Source: Candidatus Poseidoniales archaeon
GTDB taxonomy: Archaea; Thermoplasmatota; Poseidoniia; Poseidoniales; Thalassarchaeaceae
Direction: 5' to 3'
Length of the DNA stretch: 64,000 nt
Assembly: GCA_012959435.1 (NCBI GenBank)
Contig: DUDF01000068.1
Span: 34,468 to 98,467, forward strand
Under the pieces are notes generated by a model, which was not told the DNA's origin, made no database searches, and was given only the letters and a program-made list of their open reading frames with translations. The position numbers and the translations under genes were made by a program. Below are positions 27,259 through 35,574 of this stretch, piece by piece. Position 1 is the stretch's first letter. The number at the start of each line of letters is the position of its first letter.

Positions 27259-28779
27259 ATGCAAGATGTACTTTCCCAATTAGTGGAAATCCGTGCTAAT
27301 TCAGGAACACAACAAACTACCGGGTTAAAAGACGAGGTAATTACTCGGTTTGCAGCCACAAATCAGAACTTAATCCGCGCTATTGCAGAGGCATCTAAGA
27401 ATCATAAAGAATACATTGAGCAGTTTGGTCCCGAGGTATTATTGATGGAAGAATCCGAATTAATTCGGACGTTACAATCAGATTACATAAATTTCTATTC
27501 AGCTCCAACTGTTAATCCATACGTTGCAATAGCAGCTCGTGGCCCTTGGGTAATCACGTCTCATGGTGCGGTGTTGCATGACAATGGTGGATATGGTATG
27601 TTAGGTGGGGGCCATGGTCCAGATGAGGTGATTGGCGCAATGTCAAAGAATTGGGTAATGGCAAATGTGATGACTGCTTCATTTAGCCAGAAAAGGTTTG
27701 CAGATGCATTGCGTAGAGAGGTTGGGCATTCACGTGGAGCCTGTCCGTTTTCAAAATTTGTCTGTGTCAATAGCGGATCTGAATCAGTAACATTGGGCAT
27801 GCGAATTGCTGATGTTAATGCAAATAATATGACAGGTCTAGGGGGCCGCTATGATGGGAAGCAAATCAAGAAAGTGGCCCTCAAACAAGCATTTCACGGA
27901 AGAACACAACGTCCTGCATCAATATCAGATTCTTGTAAAAAAGGATATGTAGACAATCTTGCAACATTCCGTGAACGTGAGAACGTCATTATCGTTGAAC
28001 CCAACAATGTCGAAGATTTACAATCAGCTTTTTCAAGAGCAGAGGAAGAGAATTATTTCATAGAATTACTCGCCTTAGAACCAGTGCAAGGAGAAGGCTC
28101 CCCTGGTCAAGCCGTTACTCGAGAATTCTATGATGAAGCGAGACGATTAACTTCTGAACACGGAAGCTTGTTGTTAGTAGATTCTATACAGGCTGGGTTC
28201 CGTGGTAAAGGAAGCCTTTCAATTGTTGATTATCCTGGATTCCAAACTGCTGAAGCACCGGATTTAGAGACTTGGTCAAAGGCACTCAATGGGGGCCAAT
28301 TCCCCTTTTCCGTTCTTGGATTATCTGAACGTGCTGCAGAATTATATGTTGTTGGAATTTATGGCAATACCATGACCACTAATCCTAGAGCGCTAGAAAC
28401 GGCAGTAGAAGTACTCAGTAAGGTAACCCCTGAATTACGTGCAAACATTATTGAAAAAGGAGACGAGTTCCTCTTAAAACTAGGGGGCTTACAGAAAGAA
28501 TTCCCCAATGAAATTACTTTAGTTCAAGGTTCGGGTTTACTTCTGTGCGCAGAACTGAACCCCGAAACGCTCCCTGTTGTTGGCTTTGGTTGTGTTGAAG
28601 AGTGGTGTAGATTGAATGGGCTAGGAGTTATCCATGGAGGGAAAAATGCACTACGTTTCACCCCTCATTTTGATATAACCTCAGAAGAGATAGATTTGGT
28701 GATAGACATAGTTAGAAATTGTTTGATGGCCTTTTCTGAGACTGAAAATCTAATCAATTTACCTCAAGATACAAAGTGA
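27259..28779 (+). CDS. Class-III pyridoxal-phosphate aminotransferase (acetylornithine/GABA/diamine aminotransferase-like)
   Basis: NSGSESVTLGMRIA, LLLVDSIQAGFRGKG (DxxQxGxGRxG-like) and SKALNGGQFP (PLP-lysine region) are present. At 506 aa it is longer than typical family members. Confidence 0.85.
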   Translation: MQDVLSQLVEIRANSGTQQTTGLKDEVITRFAATNQNLIRAIAEASKNHKEYIEQFGPEVLLMEESELIRTLQSDYINFYSAPTVNPYVAIAARGPWVITSHGAVLHDNGGYGMLGGGHGPDEVIGAMSKNWVMANVMTASFSQKRFADALRREVGHSRGACPFSKFVCVNSGSESVTLGMRIADVNANNMTGLGGRYDGKQIKKVALKQAFHGRTQRPASISDSCKKGYVDNLATFRERENVIIVEPNNVEDLQSAFSRAEEENYFIELLALEPVQGEGSPGQAVTREFYDEARRLTSEHGSLLLVDSIQAGFRGKGSLSIVDYPGFQTAEAPDLETWSKALNGGQFPFSVLGLSERAAELYVVGIYGNTMTTNPRALETAVEVLSKVTPELRANIIEKGDEFLLKLGGLQKEFPNEITLVQGSGLLLCAELNPETLPVVGFGCVEEWCRLNGLGVIHGGKNALRFTPHFDITSEEIDLVIDIVRNCLMAFSETENLINLPQDTK

Positions 28780-29477
28780 ATCATAATATGTCAAAAGTAC
28801 CAGAAGGTGGAACGATGCCAAATATGGTGACTCTTCAAGGAGAAGAGGATAATTTCTTTTTGACATTAAAAGAGAGACTCGAGAGAATAGAAATTGACAC
28901 AGATTCTCCCGACGGCGTTCACATCTTATGCTGGCATTCAGGTCCAGCTGTAGAATGTGATTTAGTAATTCGCCCCTCAACAAGTAATCCATACCCTTGT
29001 GAGGTTCATTGTGAATTGGTGTTGCATGATATGTACGTTCCTAGTGGTTCAGGGGAATGGGGGCCAAAGGAAATAGAACACCAAGTTTCGTGGCTGAATA
29101 ACCCTGTTGGAAAAAGACCTCAGGGTGAGCCTAGGTATTGGATTCATGTTCGTGACGTAGTAGATATGATATCAGTATTATTTTCTAATCTACCAAATGG
29201 TGTAATCGATGTTAGTGGTAGGCGTTGTTGGAGTCATGAAGCGATGTCAAGCGAATTAGAGATGCTTTTCAAAAGAGTAAAGGCAGCAGAATCAAAGACG
29301 TTTCAATTAGAAAATTTGAAAATTTTTGAGCCCAAGACCGAACCAACGGTATCACCAACTAGGCCTAATCTTAGCCCACTACATTCTGCCTGCCAAAAGG
29401 TTGGACTAAACGGATGGCACCCCTTAGTTCCATTTAGAGTCGGTTTGATGGAGAGCATTGCACATCAGTTGTTGTAG
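28776..29477 (+). CDS. Hypothetical protein resembling the C-terminal half of NAD-dependent epimerases/dehydratases, without a recognisable GxxGxxG Rossmann motif
   Basis: RYWIHVRDVVDMISVLFSNLPNGVIDVSGRRCWSHEAMSSEL and ...CQKVGLNGWHPLVPFRVGLMESI match the extended-SDR C-terminal pattern. The GTG start overlaps the aminotransferase stop (GTGA). Alternative start at ATG 28788. Confidence 0.4.
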   Translation: MNHNMSKVPEGGTMPNMVTLQGEEDNFFLTLKERLERIEIDTDSPDGVHILCWHSGPAVECDLVIRPSTSNPYPCEVHCELVLHDMYVPSGSGEWGPKEIEHQVSWLNNPVGKRPQGEPRYWIHVRDVVDMISVLFSNLPNGVIDVSGRRCWSHEAMSSELEMLFKRVKAAESKTFQLENLKIFEPKTEPTVSPTRPNLSPLHSACQKVGLNGWHPLVPFRVGLMESIAHQLL

Positions 29478-29491
29478 TGCAATTTAGTGGT

Positions 29492-30505
29492 TTAATCCTC
29501 TGCAAATAGACTCGCGCCTAACAGTGGTAATAGTAAGGAAGCATCACCTTCAACTACAATTTGAGGTGCATCAGCACGGATTTTCCCCCAACTTATTGCT
29601 TCTTTGAGTCTTGCTCCAGATAATGAACCATCATGTTCCGAAGCCGTTGTGATCTGCACTGCAGAATCCAATCCCCCTCGATATTGATTCCACCAGATAA
29701 CATGGTGTTTGGATATACCTCCTCCAACTACCAAAGCGTGTGAAGAATCGGCGCCCCAAACCAAGTCTGAGAGGATTTGTTGGTCTTCTAACAGGTCAAG
29801 ATTGAAGTCTCTTGCCTTTTGCCTGTGCATAAATAATTGAGCCCCAACAGAACCATCGTATATCCCTGGGATAATAATTGGAATTCGATGTTTAGCAGCC
29901 CAATGAAGTAGACTTGATTCATCGTCAATTCTGTCACCCAAAGCCCAACATAATTCTACACTACCGAATCCTTGCCATGGATTTTCAGGGTTTGCCGTGC
30001 GTCTCTCATCATCAATTTCTTGTAGTATTGGCATTACAATTTTTTCAATAATATCACCATAACTAGCATTTGGAACAATCACATTCCCAAGTCGATTCAA
30101 GCCCTGTTCTCCCAGTTCAACATCATCTAACTCAAATGCACCATGGTAGTAATCACTGAAACTTCGAGCAATGTCATGGTCAAGAGTTCCACAAGTTGTC
30201 ACAACTACATTGAAGCGTTTTCTTTTCAATGCCTCAACGAAGAATCCACGTGTTCCAGTTGCACATAAGCAGGCTGGAAAAGAAAGCCAGTTTAACTGGG
30301 GATTGTCATCTTCATTTGAAGAATCATCAAGTTGCTCAAACATATCCTTTAGAATGTCGCGTGCTAAGGCAAGTTTAGTCGCTGTAAACCCACCTGCTGT
30401 GGCCATCTGGTCCAATAGTTTCGAGGCATTTTTAGTGGTTGAAAAATCGTAATCAACCACGGGCAAATCAAAGTCGTCTCGGTTTACCATTACATCACCC
30501 GACAA
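29492..30505 (-). CDS. dys: Deoxyhypusine synthase
   Basis: VVTTCGTLDHD, IPIIIPGIYDGSVG and VGGGISKHH are characteristic DHS motifs. Length is 337 aa. Confidence 0.92.
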   Translation of the reverse strand: MSGDVMVNRDDFDLPVVDYDFSTTKNASKLLDQMATAGGFTATKLALARDILKDMFEQLDDSSNEDDNPQLNWLSFPACLCATGTRGFFVEALKRKRFNVVVTTCGTLDHDIARSFSDYYHGAFELDDVELGEQGLNRLGNVIVPNASYGDIIEKIVMPILQEIDDERRTANPENPWQGFGSVELCWALGDRIDDESSLLHWAAKHRIPIIIPGIYDGSVGAQLFMHRQKARDFNLDLLEDQQILSDLVWGADSSHALVVGGGISKHHVIWWNQYRGGLDSAVQITTASEHDGSLSGARLKEAISWGKIRADAPQIVVEGDASLLLPLLGASLFAED

Positions 30506-30529
30506 GACGCTTCAAAATGAATACAGCGG

Positions 30530-31450
30530 TTATTCACAGAGCCTCTCAATTTCCTTTATTACTTCATTTGCAACATCAATTCCAGTCGCTCTTTCAATCC
30601 CCTCAAGTCCTGGGGATGAATTTACTTCCATCAACAATGGTCCACGACTTGACTCTAGCAAATCTACTCCACCGAATTGGATATTAAGGGCTTTACAAGC
30701 GTCAATACACATACGCTCAATATCTGGTTCAAGTTCTAGTTGTTCGCCAGTACCACCTCGATGGATATTACTACGGAAATCTTCGCCTTTTCCAGTTCTC
30801 CTCATTGCGGCTACGACTTTATCACCGACAACGATTGCCCGAATATCAGTTCCTTCGGATTCAGCGATGTATTCTTGGACAATTATTGGTTGGTGTAATC
30901 TTGCTAGGACATCAATTACTGATTCAGCACTTGCAACAGTATCACAACGCATTACACCTATTCCTTGGGTACCCTCCAATAGTTTCAGAACCACTGGGGG
31001 GCCACCAACTGTTTTGATGCAAGTGTGTAAGTCTGCAGATCCTCTTGCGTATGCTGTCCTAGGCATTGGTAAATCAACCGCGGCAAAACGCTGTAGTGCA
31101 CGTAATTTATCTCTACTTGCTGCAATACCATTACTCGGATTAAGGACAGGAACCCTAACAGCTTGAAATTGTCTGAGTATTGTTAATCCATGGCGTGTAA
31201 TGGAAGCCCCAATCCTAGGCACAATACAATCCATTTGTTGAACAATTTTATCCCCATTATAGAGTACTGTTGCTCCTTCTGACGATAAGTCAATTGTACA
31301 CCTAGTTGGATTGAGATAACTAACTCCATGGCCTGCACGCCGGGCAGCGGCTGCTAGTCTAGTTGTGCTGTATAGTTCTGGCCCTTGGGTCATGATGACT
31401 ATCTCGAGTCTCCGTCCCATACCACTCCTTGGGTGACTCATTGCTTTCAA
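30530..31450 (-). CDS. rimK: RimK-family ATP-grasp alpha-L-glutamate ligase
   Basis: The N-terminal pre-ATP-grasp region is LYSTTRLAAAARRAGHGVSYLNP. The ATP-grasp core runs GPPVVLKLLEGTQGIGV ... IVQEYIAES.GTDIRAIVVG ... FGGVDLLESSRGPLLMEVNSSPGLEGIE. Confidence 0.85.
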   Translation of the reverse strand: MKAMSHPRSGMGRRLEIVIMTQGPELYSTTRLAAAARRAGHGVSYLNPTRCTIDLSSEGATVLYNGDKIVQQMDCIVPRIGASITRHGLTILRQFQAVRVPVLNPSNGIAASRDKLRALQRFAAVDLPMPRTAYARGSADLHTCIKTVGGPPVVLKLLEGTQGIGVMRCDTVASAESVIDVLARLHQPIIVQEYIAESEGTDIRAIVVGDKVVAAMRRTGKGEDFRSNIHRGGTGEQLELEPDIERMCIDACKALNIQFGGVDLLESSRGPLLMEVNSSPGLEGIERATGIDVANEVIKEIERLCE

Positions 31451-31465
31451 ATTGACCGATTGGGA

Positions 31466-33874
31466 TTATCCCTCATTTTCCAATTGGAAAATTCGATCTC
31501 TCAATTGCGCAGCCTTCTCAAATTCAAGTCTAGTTGCTGCCAGTTTCATCTGTTTCCGTAGTCTATCGAGGAGCCGTTCAAGGTCTTCATTCATCACAGA
31601 CTCATCAACTGTTGTGATATTCTCATCCCCCTCCAAAATCGAAGAAGCAACATTTGCCCACGAAGGTTGGCTAACATTACTAACTGATTCTCCTTCTGAG
31701 GCCCACCCATCTGTCCCTAGGTCAAATCGTTTTGCTAAATCTCTTTCATCTCTGATTTTTCCACTTTGGCCTGTGGTTCCACCAACAAATCTCTTGCCAC
31801 CACTGCCACCTGTGCCCGCTGTTCCAGCCAACAGTTCCTCTACTTCGATACCCATTATTGGTAATTCTTTGACAATAGTTTTTGGGGTAATACCATTCCT
31901 AACATTGAATTCATCCTGCCGTTTTCGTCTTTCAACAGTTTGAAAAATTGATGTACTCATCGCATCAGACATTGAATCTGCATACAACAACACTCTTCCA
32001 TTTTCATTACGTGAAGCTCGACCAATGGTTTGTAGAAGGGAACGCTCATTTCGTAAAAATCCCTGACGGTCAGCATCAAAAATTGCTACTAATGAAACTT
32101 CTGGGAGGTCAAGCCCTTCTCGCAATAAATTAATTCCTACAATTACATCAATGTGGCCAATTCGTAAAGCCTTAATGATTTCAGATCTCTCGATGGTGTC
32201 AATTTCAGAATGAAGGTAATGTGATTTCACCCCCATTCTCTGTAAATAACTGGAAACTTCTTCAGCAAATTTGATTGTCAAAACAGTAACCAATACCCGT
32301 TCCCCATTCAATGTACATTTGTTAATCTCATCAAGTAAATCCTGAATTTGGCCTTCTGTAGGGCGAACTTCAATTTCAGGGTCAAGTAAGCCGGTCGGAC
32401 GTAATTCCATACGCACAATGCCTTCAATTTGTTCAAGGGATTTTAGAAGGCTATGTGATTTCTTAGGTTTCTGTATTTCTGATTCAATAGCTCCACCGCC
32501 TCCTGGGACATGGAGTAATTCTTTGGGGACGTTCTGCCCTGTCACCTCAGCAAGGTGGCGAAGTTCTCTCTCTCCTGGTGTTGCAGAGGCGTACAACATT
32601 TGTGGGACAAGATTTTGAAACTCATCTATACGTAATGGTCTGTTGTCAGCAGCAGATGGTAATCTGAATCCATGCTCAATCAAGGACATTTTTCTTGAGT
32701 GGTCACCAGCGTACATTCCTTTTAATTGAGGGAGTGTCACATGGCTTTCATCCATGATAACGAGAAATTTGTCGGGAGCCCCGTGAAATTGTTTAGCAGC
32801 AGCTGCAAAAAAATCAAGCAAGCAGTATGGTCTTTCTCCATGAGTTCTACCATCAAAATGCATAGAATAATTTTCAATAGCTTTGCAGTGTCCAGTTTCT
32901 CTGAGCATTTCTAATTCAAAAGTGGTTCGAGTTTCAAGGCGGTGCGCTTCCATCTCTTTACCTTCTTTCTCTAATTCATGTATTCTTTCTGATAACTCAA
33001 ATTCGATATCTTGTAATGCTTGTACGAATCTTTCTGGGCTAGTCATGAAAAATTCTTTTGGATGAATCCAAGCTTCTTCTAGTTCGTCAAGAGGTTCCCA
33101 TGAAACCGATTCACAAACCTGAATTCTTGTGACTCCATCAAAGTCAAACCGAATACGAAGAGGGTCATCTCGACTTGGCATCCAGACATCCACAACTTCA
33201 CCGCGGCAACGAATTTCTCCCCGTGAGATTTCACCGGTTATGCGTTGGTATTGCAATTCAACCAACTGTTTGACTAAGTCAAGAGGTTCGATCGCTTGGC
33301 CGACGTATATTCTTGCGTGTTGTTTTAGGAATGTTTCAGGTGGGTTGAGCCCATATATTGCTGAAACAGTACCAACGGCGATAACATCAGGCCGAGATAC
33401 AAGAGATGCAACAGTAGCAAATCGCTCTTGTTCAATTCTTTCATTCATCTGCAATTCTTTGTCTATGTATAGGTCTCGTTTTGGTAGGTATGCTTCTGGT
33501 TGATAATAGTCATAGTGGCTGACAAAGTATTCTACAGCATTTTCTGGAAAAAGGGTGGACATTTCCTGCCACAGTTGACGGGCTAATGTTTTGTTGTGGC
33601 TAAGAATCAGGGTTGGTATATTCAGTCTTTCAATAATGTGTGCCATAGCGAATGTTTTGCCCGAACCAGTCACTCCAAGTAGTACCGCTCTCTCCTGTGA
33701 ATTGTTGAATTGAGAAATCAATTTTTCAATTGCTTGTTTTTGGTCACCTGCAGTATTGTATTCGGAGTGTAATCGGAAGCAGGAGACTGATGGGTCTAAC
33801 CAGTCTGAAGCCGCCCCCTCAATGGCTTTAGACAAATCAAAATGGTCGATATCATCAGTTGCCATGGAAACCAC
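31466..33874 (-). CDS. uvrB: Excinuclease ABC subunit B (UvrB) with an extended linker before the UVR domain
   Basis: GVTGSGKTF, MDESHVTLPQ, the helicase motifs and the C-terminal UVR motif LEFEKAAQLRDRIFQLE are present. A roughly 120-aa Gly/Ser/acidic insert precedes the UVR domain. Confidence 0.95.
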   Translation of the reverse strand: MVSMATDDIDHFDLSKAIEGAASDWLDPSVSCFRLHSEYNTAGDQKQAIEKLISQFNNSQERAVLLGVTGSGKTFAMAHIIERLNIPTLILSHNKTLARQLWQEMSTLFPENAVEYFVSHYDYYQPEAYLPKRDLYIDKELQMNERIEQERFATVASLVSRPDVIAVGTVSAIYGLNPPETFLKQHARIYVGQAIEPLDLVKQLVELQYQRITGEISRGEIRCRGEVVDVWMPSRDDPLRIRFDFDGVTRIQVCESVSWEPLDELEEAWIHPKEFFMTSPERFVQALQDIEFELSERIHELEKEGKEMEAHRLETRTTFELEMLRETGHCKAIENYSMHFDGRTHGERPYCLLDFFAAAAKQFHGAPDKFLVIMDESHVTLPQLKGMYAGDHSRKMSLIEHGFRLPSAADNRPLRIDEFQNLVPQMLYASATPGERELRHLAEVTGQNVPKELLHVPGGGGAIESEIQKPKKSHSLLKSLEQIEGIVRMELRPTGLLDPEIEVRPTEGQIQDLLDEINKCTLNGERVLVTVLTIKFAEEVSSYLQRMGVKSHYLHSEIDTIERSEIIKALRIGHIDVIVGINLLREGLDLPEVSLVAIFDADRQGFLRNERSLLQTIGRASRNENGRVLLYADSMSDAMSTSIFQTVERRKRQDEFNVRNGITPKTIVKELPIMGIEVEELLAGTAGTGGSGGKRFVGGTTGQSGKIRDERDLAKRFDLGTDGWASEGESVSNVSQPSWANVASSILEGDENITTVDESVMNEDLERLLDRLRKQMKLAATRLEFEKAAQLRDRIFQLENEG

Positions 33875-33896
33875 TCACAATTGATTGTCCTTCAAT

Positions 33897-34625
33897 TCAT
33901 GGGCGATATAGCCCACCATTAACATGCAGAATAGCACCAGTAATGTAACTAGAATCATCAGACAATAGGAATGATATGACATTAGCAACTTCCTCAGGAT
34001 CCCCGAGCCTTCCCATTGGAATCGTTTCCTCTCTAGCGCTTCTTTTCATTGGAGAGTCATTAGCGACTAGGTCAGTATCAATAGTTCCAGGTGCGACCAC
34101 ATTCACTCTCTGGCCACTTGGTGCAACATCAAGTGCAAGCGAGCGAGCCCAACTATGCAATGCTCCTTTTGAAGCGGAATAATCAGCACCAGTTGCGGCT
34201 CCTTTAATTCCTAGTTGACTGCCCAAAACTACGATTGAGGCCTTCTGTGAGATGTGTGGCGATAGTGCTTTCCACACAAGGAATGAGCCAGTAAAATTGA
34301 TATTCATAGTTTGTTCAAGTGCTTCAAGAGTTAGTTCTTCGGCTTTCCCACGTTCATACACTGCATGATTTAATACCAGTGCATCAACACCTTCCCGTAT
34401 CCAAGGATGGTCTGCAAGAATCATCACCTCACCTGAATTAGAGCAGTCCACTTTGACAGCGACGCAGTCACATCCAATCTCTCTTACATCTGCGATGACA
34501 TTTTCTGCAGATTGTGAATCTGTATGGTAGGTGATTATCAGGCGGTACCCCTCTTTAGCGAGGCGCCTAGATGTGGCCGCTCCAATTCCTCTGCTTCCCC
34601 CAGTGATTACTGCCAATTTATTCAT
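33897..34625 (-). CDS. Short-chain dehydrogenase/reductase (FabG-like)
   Basis: TGGSRGIG and the catalytic YSASKGAL are present, with PGTIDTD. Length is 242 aa. Confidence 0.88.
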   Translation of the reverse strand: MNKLAVITGGSRGIGAATSRRLAKEGYRLIITYHTDSQSAENVIADVREIGCDCVAVKVDCSNSGEVMILADHPWIREGVDALVLNHAVYERGKAEELTLEALEQTMNINFTGSFLVWKALSPHISQKASIVVLGSQLGIKGAATGADYSASKGALHSWARSLALDVAPSGQRVNVVAPGTIDTDLVANDSPMKRSAREETIPMGRLGDPEEVANVISFLLSDDSSYITGAILHVNGGLYRP

Positions 34626-34634
34626 GTCATCACC

Positions 34635-35573
34635 TCAATCTTCTAGCATGAGCCCTTTATCTGGTTCCATTAATATGATGGCTAATAGGAGAATCCACCC
34701 CGTCAACATGGATACACGAAACAGAGTCGTTTGGAAATTAGCAAACTTCTCACGCCCTATGATAACAGCGATGTTCAATATCGCCATCACCCCTGCTGCC
34801 CCTAGGAACCAAATTTCATCCATCGGGTTAGATATTGCAAAGCATGCGAACCAGACTAGAGTTAGTTGAACAGATGTTCGAGTAGTAGTCATCTCAGAGA
34901 ATCGCGAAGGGAATGAATGAATACCGTTTTCTCGGTCACTCTCTACATCCATGCATGCATAGTTGATATCGAAGGCGGTTATCCAAAATGCAACACCTAG
35001 AGAGATGAAGAAAATAGTTGGATACCAAAGCAGGTCGGTGTAAGTGTCGTGCATCCCGGTAATTGCAGCCCAACCATGCACATCTGCCGCAACTGCAACC
35101 CAAGCTCCAGCTGGTGCAAGGCCAAGACACAGGCCTAGCCACAAATGACAAAGCCAAGTGTAACGCTTTGTGTATGGGTAGATGACGAAAACTAAGACAG
35201 GAAGCCAAGCCATCATCAGTGCCACTTCGTTGAGTTGCCAAGCACCTAGGAGAAGCATGCCAAGGAAAATTGTCGATAGGGACCAAGCCGTTTTCATGGT
35301 CATATCTCCCGAAACTAGGTGCCGGTTTGCAGTTCGTGGGTTAGCGGCATCAACATCTCGATCAATGATGCGATTCAGAGTCATTGCAAGGCCACGAGCT
35401 CCAACAGCAGCGATGAGAATCCAGGCTAGGTCTATCCGCACCCAGCCGAGTACACTAACGGGGAGTTCATGCATGAATTGATTGTAGGCGAGAATGTAAC
35501 CAATTAGCACAAATGGGAGGGAAAAAAGAGTATGCTCAATTTTTACGAACTCCAAAATTTGCTTAACACCCAT
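34635..35573 (-). CDS. UbiA-family aromatic prenyltransferase
   Basis: It has NRIIDRDVDAANPRT (NxxxDxxxD), a multi-TM profile and a second Asp-rich region, YACMDVESD. Confidence 0.88.
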   Translation of the reverse strand: MGVKQILEFVKIEHTLFSLPFVLIGYILAYNQFMHELPVSVLGWVRIDLAWILIAAVGARGLAMTLNRIIDRDVDAANPRTANRHLVSGDMTMKTAWSLSTIFLGMLLLGAWQLNEVALMMAWLPVLVFVIYPYTKRYTWLCHLWLGLCLGLAPAGAWVAVAADVHGWAAITGMHDTYTDLLWYPTIFFISLGVAFWITAFDINYACMDVESDRENGIHSFPSRFSEMTTTRTSVQLTLVWFACFAISNPMDEIWFLGAAGVMAILNIAVIIGREKFANFQTTLFRVSMLTGWILLLAIILMEPDKGLMLED

Positions 35574-35574
35574 A

